A stretch of DNA of 64,000 nucleotides from Paragordius varius (lineage: Eukaryota; Animalia; Nematomorpha), in the NCBI GenBank assembly GCA_964247055.1, contig OZ176052.1, positions 186,001 through 250,000 on the forward strand. Direction: 5' to 3'. The notes beneath the pieces are model-generated. The model was not told the DNA's origin and ran no database searches. It worked only from the letters and a program-made list of their open reading frames with translations. Shown here one piece after another: positions 1 through 12,754 of the stretch (positions are counted from its first letter, which is position 1; each line of letters begins with the position of its first letter). The translations under genes and the position numbers were made by a program.

Positions 1-893
1 CCCCATATAAGGCTATGAGGTTGAAAAAAGGGAGCATTTTTTTTAAAATAAGGATATAATAATATAGATATCAAAAGAATTTTTTTTAATAATTACTGGT
101 TATCTTTTTTGCAATTCTTCGTTTGAAAATAAAATATTGATACCTGTTGAGAATATCCCTCCGTTTTTTAAATCAATAATCCCATTTAAATCTTTCAAAA
201 TTACAACGATATATAATTGTTTTATAAATTTATTTTAAAATAAAATAATGATTTATGGACCTGTGGATTTCAATTTTTAAACAATGTTATACATAATATA
301 TATTGTTTGAGAAATTTTTCTAATTTTAAATTAGAAGGGCTGGCTGGCTTTTTACATTCTCATGTAAAGATCAATTTTACTGTTTCTTGATAAGAAAAAA
401 GTTATAATTTTAAATTAAAATCATATATTTTACATTAAATGTATAGTTGTCCTAAAATTACTATTAACAATAACAATCAAAATATTCAAAATTCCATAAA
501 TAATTCTAAATTTAATTATAAAGTTATTAAAAATTAAGTGAGTGTTAAGTAATTTGATTATTACATTGTTTCAAACATTTTAATTTAAAGTTTAAGTTTT
601 TTGAAAAATGTTACAAATGATTAATGATATTTTGTTTTCTTATCAAACTTATTTTGCAGTACATAACTAGTTTCATTTAAATAACATTTTTCACTCTTGA
701 AACAAAGTTTTGAAACAATAGTTTATGTTTAAATAGTTTTAAAAACGTTAATAAACCATAAAGTACAGTTTATATTAGAGTTGCAAATGACATTATTAAT
801 AACAAACAAAAGTTTATAAATATCATTTCAAAAAATTAGTTAGTATAGGAACTTATTTTGTGCCATGCGCCAAAATTTAACAAAGGGTAACTA

Positions 894-1165
894 CAGTAAA
901 TACTGAAATTATACGGACAAAACGTAAAAATATAATTATTTTTTTCTTAACCATACTTTTTAAATCTAGATTTATCTCAATATAATTCATTGTTTTAAAT
1001 GACAAAGGGATAGAGATATATATAATACACAATAAATTTTATATTTTACAATTGTAACTAAGTAATTTATATGAGAAACATTAAAGTTTTAAAAAGTATG
1101 GTTGTCTTTTAAGAAAAAATATTTGTCTTTATATTCTTACCTTTCGTCCGTATAATCTCAATTTG
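894..1165. mobile_element. MITE family A copy (Tc1/mariner-like)
   Basis: Left TIR TA-CAGTAAA..GAAATTATACGGACAAAACGT..ACCATACTTT, with the reverse-complement arm AAAGTATGGTTGTC..TTCGTCCGTATAAT. Confidence 0.8.
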
Positions 1166-1416
1166 GCTTTTAAAAACATTGTTATTGGCACAAAGGTTTG
1201 TTTATAACACATGTAAATTCAAAAGATGTTCACGAGATATATCACATTTACCTTTCTATAAATTCACTAATTGCTCGACGGAACAATTTTTTGAAAATAA
1301 AAAACTGCCATTTTAAACTTCTACGAAAGTTTAGGCAAACAAGGCATTTTTAATATATAAATGCATTCGATGCATCCTAATCAAGCTTTTTAAGTTATTT
1401 TTCTTATAATATTATA

Positions 1417-1716
1417 CAGTAAAGGTTGAAATTATACGGACAAAATGTAAAATTAATAAGACATATTTTTTTTTCAAAAGACAACCATACTTTTTTAGAC
1501 GACCATTTATCCTATAATGAACATTAAATTACAATCGTAAAATAAAGTGTTTGTGTTACCAATTTACATTTCTATATTATACTTTGTAGTTTAAATTAAA
1601 GAGTGATATGTAAAAATATCAGGACTTAAAAAATATGGTTGGTTGTCTTTAAGAAAAAGTTTTGTCTTTATATTTTCACGTTTCGCCTGTATTTTGTGGC
1701 TTTATTCCGTACACTG
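1417..1716. mobile_element. MITE family A copy
   Basis: Same TIR pair as the other family A copies; right arm degenerate. Confidence 0.75.
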
Positions 1717-2521
1717 CCCCAAATTCATGCCTAATAGCTCGTATTGTTTCCTCTAACTATTTTATAATGGACATCACGCGTAATAATTTTAATATATTGG
1801 TTGTTACTTTTTACTATAATGCAAAAAAGTGTGTACATAGTATTTTTGTTCACGTGTCACCATTAGTTTATATGGTAGTGTAGACAATTCATTTGAGTGA
1901 CAAAAAATCACGCTTTCCATTTTTTAAGAGTTAAATAAATGATAATACCAAAGAATAATTTTTAATCCGTTAATATACTAGTGTCATAAAATCAACGCAA
2001 AAAAGCTGAGATTACGCTACAAAAATTTTAATATATGCATTATTTGTATTAAATAGAACCAATAAATTCACAAAGTTTTTGGCCTCATAATAATACATTA
2101 AGATATTTCTTTACGATAAGACTGTATACTTTCTGTATTGATATAAAAGTTCCAAAACTAAAAGCATAATCTGTTATATTTTGTTATAGATTTATGTTTT
2201 GTTCAGAATTTTAGGGTGAGGTAAAAGAGCGGTACAAAGATTTTTAAGTGTTACAAAAAGATTTTTTACGCTAAATTATTAGCAGAAAAATTTTTATGAT
2301 AAATTTAAACTTTTGCCAAACATATTTAAAATAACACAAGTTTTTCAGTTAAAATTGGTATAATATATACTCAATTTATAAAATTTATTGATATGATTTA
2401 AGAATTTTACAGTAACGATTGATTGTCTATAAACTTTTGAGATAGTATGTTTTCCATTTATATGAAATAATTTTTACAATATAAAATATGGTTTTTTTCA
2501 AATTTTTATCACAGAAATCAA

Positions 2522-5500
2522 TCAGTCAGTGGATATTCCCATTTGTTGAAGTTCTTGCGTTATTCTTTTGGCTTCTTCGATGAAATCAACAGGTTTAGCA
2601 TTAACACAAATAACTTTAAGACGAGTTTCAACCTTAATATATTACAATAACAGAGTTAAACAAAGGCGTAAAAAAATAAAATTAAAAATATATATTTTTA
2701 GAAAAAAAAGCCGTATTTTACAGTAAAAATTGAAAAATTATACGGACAAAACGTGAAAATATAAACACAAATGATATTTTGCTTTAAAAGACACAACCAT
2801 ACTTTTTTAATATTAATTTTTTTATTTAAATTACAAAGTATAATATAGAATGTTAATTGTAACACAATCAAATATGTATACAATTGTAATTAAATGTATT
2901 TTATAGGATAAATTAAGTTTACAAAAGTATGGGCTTTTCTTTTGAAAAAAAATTCTTTTATACTTTAAAATTATGTCCGTATATTTTCAATTTTTACTGT
3001 TAAATTGTAAAAATTAACCCTAAATTCCATAAAATGCCTTATAATGATACGTAAGTATGGAAAATATCTTAAAATAAATTAGACAGTGATCTAAAAATTA
3101 ATTTTTAACTTACATTGAAAACTTCAACTTTGGCACGGAGTTTAAAGATGAAAGTTTTAAAAGTGGCATCTTCGAATACACGCATAAAGGCTTCCTGGTT
3201 ATCCTAAAAGTTATGCAGTTAAAATTATATAGACAATATGGAAAAATTGAAAAAACATATATTTTTGTATAAAGACGGCCATAATTTTCAAAGCCGAATT
3301 TCCACAGGCTCTCTTTTCAATACTTTTAAATATAAAATAAACCAATTTATATATCGATCAAAAGTATGGGTATATTCAAAAAGAAAGAGTTTTAAAATAT
3401 GGTTGTTTATTAATAAAAAACTTTTTTAAAATTTTATTTTACGTGTTTTCATTATAATTTCAACAATAATCATTAAATTTTAGATTTTTATATAAACTTA
3501 CAGCTTTTAAATCCCCCAAAGTTTGAGCACTGACCCCTAAAATGGCTTCAGCGGTATCCTGGAAAGCGGTTACCCATTGAGTTCCTGTGAAATCGGCTAT
3601 ACTAATCTGTGAATCAAAAATGAAAAAAATATATAAAAAATTTGTTAAATAAAACTCGGTGAAAATTGAAATTATACTATGGATGGACAAAACGTGAAAA
3701 TATAAAGACAATTTAACTCATTAAAAATAAATTTTGTTTTCATAAGCTTTTTATTTTACCGAAAGCAAGAGTCTCCATTGAAATTCGCTGTAATCTTTGA
3801 TGCATTTTTCACATCTATACTTTCCGTTTCCCAAATCAATTATTTTTTTGTTACAATCCGAGGAAGGACATGCCTGTAAATATATGTAAAATACAGTAAT
3901 TTCCGTGAAAATAATAGTAAAACTAAATAATATCTTAATAAAAACTGTGAAAATTTCCAAGTAATACCATCTTACAACTTAAAAAATTTAGTTGCTAAAA
4001 AATATTTAGTTTTATATAATTGGAACTTGAATATGTATATAATCTATTTTTTTTAAAAAAAATCCAAAATTATATACATAAATATATACTTGATATAAGC
4101 AATTATCGCGTTTAAAAAAGGTGATTGTAGCTTTTGCGGCAAAATAATCGGGTTTTTCTGATTGGCCAAGATGCTCATCCCTCACCTGACTCAACAATTT
4201 GAATGGTGTAGCTATAAAGGAAAAAAAATTTATTTGAAATAATTCTGTAAATTTTAATCAAATAAATTTCTTCTATCAAACATTAGCGTTTCGTTTATAA
4301 ATATCAGTTTTATTTTTATAACTTGGGGCAAAAAATTATCGATATATTGTATACCACAATGAGTTATAAATATAAATATGTTTAACAATAATTAAAAAAG
4401 AGCATCAATCTAAAAAGTAAAAGTCAATTATATTTTTGTATCCTTATATCATTTCCTATAGTCTATAATTGTAACTTATTACATCGTGTTTTAAACAATT
4501 GTCAGATATGGATCTAAAAAAATGGCTAATTTTTTTACTAACAATACAACTTTTACAATTAATATTTTCATCAAAGTTAAATTTTACTCTAAATTTTGGA
4601 TAACCAAATTATTATTTTTTTTCTTTTGAGATTTAAAAAATATAATTCTTACCTCCCATGCCACCATTCAGGGTTGAATTGAAAGCAGAATTCTCAGAAA
4701 TATTTGTTATAGAAGCGTTTTTATTCGTTTTAAACCAATCACGAAGTTTGGCAGTTTCTGTGGGCAGAGTATCTAAAGGATTTATTTGATATGAGCTGGA
4801 TTGAGTAAGGGAAAGGGATTTACCATTAAAATCTGATATTCTGTTTTATAGATATAACAGTTTGTTAAAAAATATCAGGAATAATATTTGGTTATTATTA
4901 TTATGAAAAATGTGTTAAATTAAAAGAAAAGGTATAAAGAGAGATAATTTATAATAAGTACACTTAATAAATAAGAATGATATTAAATAATTCATTTTCT
5001 TTAAAACTATTAACGGATAAATATTGTTATAGGAAGGCATTAAATTGACATGTTAAAATGCTCTTTCCTAGAATAAACTATTTTATACACATATATATTT
5101 TTTGCTTGTATCAATGATATATAGTGGATATTTATAATAAATTTTTAAGAGACTCCGTGTTTTCTTTTTACAAAAATCCTTAGACTGAATTAAAAATGCA
5201 TTTTTTTCACAAAAAAAACTTTCGAAAAAACCAATAGTTTAAATTCATTCTTCAATATTGTATAACTTTTTATAATCATTATATGCATCATCCCAAATCA
5301 AACATCAATTTTTTAAAACTTAAACAAAGCTTACTTTTATCTTACTGCATACATATATAATTGTTAAAAAGTCAAAAAAACCTTGCAGATTTGATAGCTA
5401 TGATAGTTTCATAAGGTTGAATGATGGCATCAGAACTCGTAAGAGCTTCGGCATCAGAAGCCCAAAAAGTGACATTTATAGCAGAACTGCTCATGTCTAA

Positions 5501-7364
5501 TAAGGTTACTTCACGTTTTTTCAGTTCTTTACTAAGCGTTCGAGATATTACAGTTTGAAGTTCACTAATGAGCGTTACAATACCCATAATATCTAAAAAA
5601 TTGTTTAAACAACAAAGTTAAAATAAAGAAAATAAGGGATTTGGAATTGCTTAAAATATATGTGGTTGGATGTCTGAGTTGACATTATAAATAGAATTTT
5701 TAATATTTCTAAGAATATCTAACTATCGTGCCTTTTTGTTATTTTTGTCAATGCAAAGTTTATTGAAAGTGAGCATAATTTAGAAGTATATTAGGAAATT
5801 GATTTAACCAAAAAAAATTTTGAGAAATTTTTTCAATTTATAGCGAAATAAAATTCTTAAATCATATTTGATATTAAATAACCAGTTTTTAAAAAAATTC
5901 CAAAAATTTCCGGTTAAAATGATATATTTCCCATAAAACTAACCTATAAATTTATCTTTTTCCAAGTCAACTATATCTTTTATGGCGACTAAATTGTATT
6001 TGACATTGGGAACAGTCTCAAAATTATCATAGCAAGGGACTATCGAGGTGTCACTATTCAACGTTAACTCATAATCATTGTTGAGGTTATTGAAGGCTTT
6101 ATTTGCAGCTTTTATGGATGCTTTGGATATGTAATATACCTAATAAGGCAAATAAAAATTTTAAAATATTAGTTAATCTAAAAAAACTCATATAACAACT
6201 TTTAAAATTTTTTAAAAAGTTGGTCACATATAAAGAATTAGGAAAGTATTTATCTGATATAAAGAATATAATTCCTGATTTAAAAGTATAGCTAAGGTTT
6301 CATCAATTATATATTAGGTATTGAAAATTAAATTATAGAAAAGAATTAAATATTAAAATATGTCCTTTTTCAAGCTTTAAGACTTTTATATAATGTTGCA
6401 TAAAACTTTATGACAAAAAATATTTATACCTTTCCAATCTCTATGAGCGGATAAAATTTATCGCATTCCTCATTAAAGCAGGTGGCTTTAATCTCACCAC
6501 TATCATCCAACAATTCCATATTAAAGAGTTTCCCTTCCCCGCGAGAATTACTCCAAGTTTTAATGGCGGATTTCGCAGTTACGCGGACTTTGATTGACCA
6601 TCTGAGAACAAAGAAAAAAGTTTATTATAAAGAATTTAAAACTAAAATTTTTAGCAAAATGGGCAATAATAAAACTTACTTATTTTGATAAGGTGTTAAA
6701 CTAGCAATGGGATTTGTAGGGCCTATATTTTGAGTCACCGAATAATTTTCTTTTTTGTTGTTTGTCAGCAATGCTTTATCTTTATTTGGATTAAAATCTT
6801 TTGCAATGTAATTGTTACTTGAATTTTTGAGTACATTTGACGGGTTATTGGCAAAATTTGAGGTGGGTTTTAAGGTTTCGTTACTTTGTTTAGAAATACT
6901 TTGGGCGGATGCTTGAGTATATGGCTCAGGGTTTCCAATCTTTTGACTGATTTTCCCAGGTTTCAGAACTTTTAATTCTCCAATCATAATAACTTTCCTG
7001 AAAATATATTTATAACCCTTACTTTTCAGGACTAATTACATTACAATAATATTTTTCTAGTTTAATGATTGCAAAATTTTCTAGTTCACCACTTGTGATC
7101 AAATAATTTAACTGACTAGCTAACAAAACTGATGTTGTAAGTTTTTTCCCATCTGAAAGAAGTAACCGGTAGCGATCTGAATTAGATTCGGCACTTGTCA
7201 TTTTTTTGTAACTCAATAATTGAACAATGGGTTGATGAAGGTCTTCTTCATTTAACATCAACTATAAAAAAATAATGGTATAATATTATAATTCGGAAAA
7301 AAGTATTTTAAATGCAATTTGGCAAGATAATAACCTGAATAGCGTTTTCTGTTAAGGGATTCAT
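2522..7364 (-). CDS. RPA1: Replication protein A 70-kDa subunit; 12 exons: 7364-7335, 7261-7023, 6997-6680, 6601-6430, 6139-5944, 5592-5382, 4840-4653, 4211-4090, 3873-3760, 3606-3502, 3203-3114, 2632-2522 (~631 aa)
   Basis: All junctions are GT-AG and phase-consistent. Motifs: [10 protein letters not shown] and KIGNPEPY (N-domain); [20 protein letters not shown] and [25 protein letters not shown] (DBD-A); [12 protein letters not shown] and [10 protein letters not shown] (DBD-B); Zn-binding [12 protein letters not shown]...YRCEKC and [11 protein letters not shown] (DBD-C). Confidence 0.97.
2721..2999. mobile_element. MITE family A, full-length type copy in the last RPA1 intron
   Basis: Begins TA|CAGTAAAAATTGAAAAATTATACGG and ends CCGTATATTTTCAATTTTTACTG|TA. 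The TIRs are ~80 bp with TA flanks. At least 24 related copies occur in the window. Confidence 0.85.
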
Positions 7365-7825
7365 TTTAGCGCCTCAATTTGGAACTAACATGCAAATGTA
7401 GTATGATGATACATATTTTATTTATGGACTCAATTTATGTCAAGTAAACAATATAAAAAAATCTCAACAACTAAATACATTTGAAAAAATTTTGAGTATT
7501 TTCTAATATATATTTATTTTAAAATAAATTACACGTTTTAATTGGTTTGACTGCTTTATATTTTTATAAAGGTATAACACTTAGACAAATAACATCTTAT
7601 CTGTAGTATCATTAATATCATTACGATTAAATCATATTTTAGCGTGACAACCATAAAAATAGTTTCTTTTACATTTAGTATCCTCATAAAACTTCAATAG
7701 GTATTTGTCCAAAAAAGGAAAAGGTAATATATAATATAGTACAGCTGTTGTGGAAACGCTGTTTAGTTTCTGTCTTCGAATAATTTTTTATAATATTGAA
7801 ATGGTATCGAATATAAATTTTATAA

Positions 7826-7930
7826 TTACAGTCATGTATACTTTATTTTTTCAAAAGTTTACTTTTTTTCGTTAAATGGATATTAATATTGGTAAAGAAT
7901 ATAAAAACAAGAACTATATGGTATTATCAT
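7826..7930. mobile_element. MITE family C, left half (TACAGTCATG terminus)
   Basis: tacagtcatgtatactttatttt...tttttcgttaaat...aatattggtaaagaat matches the arms of the palindromic element at ~40866-41085. Confidence 0.55.
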
Positions 7931-8477
7931 ATCATATTCTTTAAAAAAGAAAAAGAAGTGTGGATCTTTGGTAAAAAATGAAAATACACTAACTACTAAC
8001 CCTTCACTTAAAATTATTGTATAAAAGGTTTAGGAAAATCTTAATTCTCAATTATAATTTTTTTTGTTTTGATATAAACGATTTAAAAATGATATGCTGT
8101 ATTAAATAATTAATTTGATCCAATTTCGTTAGGATGTAACCCTGGTATTGCGGTTATTTTTTCCTTTATAATGTTAAATTCAGAATATGTTGACGAAATA
8201 TATGACCCACAGAAAATAATATGCCTGACAACGATGATTCGATCGAAGGGAAGGAATTGATAGTAGAGACTTATCTGGTGTACTTGGTTTTTTTCCTTTA
8301 TGATGTTAAAGATTATGTTGACGAAAATATAAGACCACAAAATATTATTCCTGGCAACGATGGTTTTTTTTAAGATTTTAGATGTTAATGAGATTGGGAT
8401 GTGACAACTTCATTAAACGGTAAAGGAAAAAGGAAAAGTACCGTTTTTGTTAATTTTAGAATATCATTTTTGGTCAG

Positions 8478-9417
8478 ATGAAAAAAAGTCCAAGGCCTAC
8501 AAAATTTTTGGGAATCCCAGAAATCATGAATTATCGTCTCGTCATTTTAGATGATTTAGACATGTCTATAAGTTCCATTAATGCTATGAGACGAAGCATG
8601 ACTCTGGGGATAGAGAAAGATCCATTGAAAAAGGGTAGGAAAACGAAATGCAATGAAGATCTAGTCAGGCAAGTCAAAACAATCCTCGACATTGATTGTG
8701 AATTGACTGACGATGGGATTTTTAATAAATTATCAGCAGAATTCAAAATATCCAAAAAAGTTATTTATAATAATCAACTATATGCGCAAAAGGTGTATTA
8801 CGGAACCTCAACAGCGCATTTTCTCGATAGTTATTCAGAAAAACGATTTGAATATGTCTGTCTTGTGAACGGCATACCCTTGGACAAATCTATTATTAAA
8901 ATGAGTCAGGGTTTTCCTTGAATACAAAAATATATTCGGTCGGGCACCATCAGGACATGCACCTATCCTCAAAAGCTTAAATATAGGTATTTTATTATTG
9001 GTGAAAACGTCTCTTTGTTGTGTATGATTGGAATACAGGGTGTTGTTAATTACAGCATCAAACAGGGAGCGTTCAATGGCGAGACTTTTAAGCCATTTTT
9101 TGGGGAGTCTTTGGCCATGTTACCACAAGTTGCGTTTGTCATTTGCGACAACGCACCCATTCATAAATGTTCTATTTTGGGTATTTAAGGCAACAAGCTT
9201 ACATATTTACCAGCTTATTCGCCCCAACTTAATCCTATTTAATGTTTTTTCCACGAATGAAATGTTCAAAAAAACCAAGATGCACCACATTCTGGGAACA
9301 ATATTGAGGAATCAAAAAATTGTGCGACGAATGAAAAACAAAATCTCTTCAAAATATTATAATTTTTTAAAAAGAGTTTTAATTGATACCTTTAAAAAAA
9401 CTAAGGTTGGAGATTGA
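8478..9417 (+). pseudogene. Frameshifted Tc1/IS630-type DDE transposase remnant
   Basis: Shifting frames give KGRKTK (N-terminal DNA-binding region), FGRAPSG, GENVSLLCMIG..GAFNGE, FVICDNAPIHK and YLPAYSPQLNPI, motifs typical of Tc1/IS630 transposases. Contains stops and frameshifts; no TIR pair identified. Confidence 0.8.
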
Positions 9418-9699
9418 AGAGATTTAACCATCATTTATTTTAAGTATCAAGAACGATTTCGTTTTTCTTTTATCGCACAGTACGATATGAATATTATTCC
9501 CAGAAGGATATATTATCTTGTCTTTTAAACAATTATCATGGAAAAATATTTAATAAGATTAAATAGTGGGAAACTGGTATATTCATAAAATTGTTTTTTA
9601 AATTACCCAAAAGGGAGCATTTTGAATGGATGAAACACATTCACTTCGATATTTTTTATGAAAGCTATATAATCACTATCTATTCCCTATGTTTTCCAT

Positions 9700-10100
9700 T
9701 TATATACCTGCACTTCAAAAGTGTCCTTGAACACCTTAAGTTGATCCTTAAACACTTCAAGTTGGTCCTTGAACAATTCAAATCGGTCCTTGAACATTTC
9801 AAGTTGGTCCTTAAACATTTCAAGTTGGTCTTTTAACACTTCAAGTTGGTCCTTGAACAATTCAAGTTGGTCCTTGAACAATTCAAGTGATCCTTGAACA
9901 GTTCAAGTTGGTCCTTAAACATTTCATGTTGGTCCTTGAACACTTCAAGTTGGTCCTTGAACAGTTCAAGTTGGTCTTGAACAGTTCAAGTTGGTCCTTG
10001 AACATTTCAAGTTAATCCTTTGACTTTTTTGTTTTAACTTTTTTCAATCAAATCGTGTATCATTTACCTATTTTATTATTTTGAACTTATTCTCTTGATT
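9700..10100. repeat. 21-bp tandem array (CAAGTTGGTCCTTGAACACTT-like), arm of a family B3 element
   Basis: About 14 units. The 3' flank (tgactttttt..caatcaaatcgt..ctattttatt) recurs at ~63915-64000, and the same unit follows TATACCATTTACA at ~36466. Confidence 0.8.
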
Positions 10101-11141
10101 TAACCATATTTTTAACTTTGGGTCATTCAGATACTGTATATTTTTATTAAGTTTTTAAAAATATATAAATTTTAATAAGATTTCAACATAATTGAAAAAA
10201 ATATAGGTTTTCTGGGTTATTAATTAGAATTTTTCGTTGACATTATATGAAGCGATTACCTTTAGAGTATTCAATACCAAGATTACCTTGAGAATCCTGT
10301 GACATTTTTCCATTAAATTTATATTTAATCAAGATATTTATTGTGTTCACTGTGTTATTAACACTTTACATTTTGGTAGTAGTTTTATACGTCAGACACT
10401 CTTAAATATTTCAAAAAGTATATTATAAATCATCTCAAATTTCAATGCCATATTTTTGTTTAAATTTTTTAATTCGCTATTACAACAGGCAATATATGCT
10501 GCATATTTTAACTAAAAAAAGTTAAATAATAGTTTTGAAAAGCCTTAAAAGAATATTTATCAAACAAATCAGCTGTTTAATTATGGAGCTATTGAAATAT
10601 GTGGTCCCAGAAGTAAAAATATTATAACGTTTGGGGTAGAAAACTACCCAAAATGTAATCGTTTTATAAAATTAAAAAGGTAATAAAGTTTTAACAAAAA
10701 TATCTGGCAATAAACTAGGAAGAAATATATTGGAAAAAATAAATGGTATTAATTAGTCTTTTTTTTGCCAAACGAATGGGATGAAAATTAATTTCGATTA
10801 AAACAATTTACCAAAAAATAATAATTTCATAATTAAAATTATAAAGGGAATACACATAACTTAAACAATTCTTTCAAAAATACAGGCATACTTTTTGTAA
10901 TAAACAAACTTATCGATTACTTTGTAAATTATAGGATCAAATGTTTTAGTAAAACACATCTATATCCCATAGCGACCTTAATTGATTGGATATATTAAAT
11001 ACTAAAATTATGGCTGTCTTATAATAAGAAAATATTTGCAATTTTATTATATTGTCTTTATCAATGTTTACCGTAAATTATTTCATAATTTAACCATCAA
11101 TTAAAGCAGGGGTGTCCAATACGAAGTCCAAGATTTTATAT

Positions 11142-11179
<38 letters not shown>

Positions 11180-11184
11180 TTATA

Positions 11185-11420
11185 CCATTTACAAGTCAAA
11201 TTCACCCACGAATAATTCAGATTCACCCTAAAAATAAATTGTGTTTTCTGGCTAATATAAAATTTATTTTTATGGAATAGTTTATTATTTTTTCAGTAAT
11301 ATATTATTTTTAAACAAAATTTTATTTTTTCTTACAAAATATAAAAAAATATAGGTAATTTTTAATTTTAAACATAATTTTTAGGGTGAATTTGAATTGT
11401 TCAAGGGTAAACTGTAAATG
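11185..11420. mobile_element. MITE family B1 (TATA|CCATTTACA termini), short copy flanked by (TA)n
   Basis: TATACCATTTACAAGTCAAATTCACCC...GGGTGAATTTGAATTG..TGTAAATG with the conserved AT-rich core. Confidence 0.75.
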
Positions 11421-12754
11421 TATATATATATATATATATTGTCCTTATAATTTTAAAGCATTAATGAAATATTCTAGAACAAGGGGGGCCAACACGCGCC
11501 CAAAAAAGTTTTGAAGCCCACTAGAAATTTTAAAATAAATTTTTTTTGAAATCTAAGTAAAATCGATTTTTATAAACAAATTTTTCCACAATAAATCTTT
11601 CCGAATTTCGGCAATGAACTAACTAGTAAAAAATGTAGTTTTCACCATTTTATGTTTGTAATTTAATAAAATATTTTTGTTAATGCCCATATATTCTGCA
11701 AATAAGGGCATTCGGATTTTTAACCTCGAAATTTGGCCTGCAAAGCTATTTGCGTTGACCATCTTTGTTTTAGACAAAAGCCATAGAAGCCTGAAATAGA
11801 GAAAATAGAGGAAAAATACTATTGGAATAAACATTATTTAAAAATTTTTCACAAAAACAATATGCCGCGTCATAAAAACAAAAATAAAACTCTTTTATGT
11901 GCGGCCAATTGATTTTTTACGACAATGCAGCTTATGAAACCATTCATGTTGTACAAAATAAAGTATACAATTTATACGATTTTTCAAACTATAACTTATT
12001 AAAAATCAAGAAAATTTAAACATTTATTTGGCTGACCTTTAGAGTTTTGAGGTTAAAACATCTCTAAACTCGTATAATTTTTGATTAATGCTATTTTACG
12101 CAAAATACCTTGACCCATAGCTAAAATTTAATAATGGTCGACGCATTCATAACGCTTAAAGGATTAAATCCACAAACTAATTGAAAATATCGAACCGCGT
12201 ATTTAAAAATTAAATGGAAGCATTTATTAATTTAAATAAACCTACATGTTTTTTCCAGAATATTGCTTTAAAACACGATAAATTTTAATTATAAATAAAT
12301 TCGGATTAAATAATATTTATGTGTATATCGTCCCGCACAAAGGTTTAAGGCTCAATATAAAATGGATATCCCTAAATAGAGTTACATAGGACTTTTAACA
12401 AAACAATGTATATAGATTGATTAAATATATTTATTAGCGCAATAACAATAATTTAAGTATAGTAAAATTTTATCAATGATTACGAAGATATAAATAAAAA
12501 TTGCGTTATATAAGTATATTTTGCTAGGAGCTAGTTGACTAGAATAAACGAATTTACAAGTGTTTATAAATGAAAACGCATTTTGCATATATATATTAAA
12601 GTATATTCCACAAATAATATATATATTATAAATAAAAAGAGTATTATTTTAAAGTAAAAAAAGATGGGATAAAATAAATTTTATATAAATTGCAAGCAAG
12701 CAAAGAAAATATTTTTTTTCCTGATAATTATCGTTTCAATAGCCTCAACGCAGT

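Noticed and set aside
140-210. Possible minus-strand exon (..DLKNGGIFST|gtatc)
   Set aside because: No acceptor or start found, no recognisable homology, and it lies at the window edge.
1662-1883. ORF MSLYFHV... (also the start of ORF 3460-3711)
   Set aside because: Read from a family A MITE arm; the same peptide start recurs wherever the TIR occurs.
9591-9881. ORFs with LEHFKLV/FKDQLE repeats as coiled-coil proteins
   Set aside because: Translation of the 21-bp tandem array; no splice context or homology.
11619-11834. Possible alternative last calpain exon (cag|GCTTCTATGGCTTTTGTCTAA)
   Set aside because: The exon at 12781-12755 gives the canonical calpain C-terminus (W....YS*). This region shares short stretches with other repeat-like sequence (~30470).
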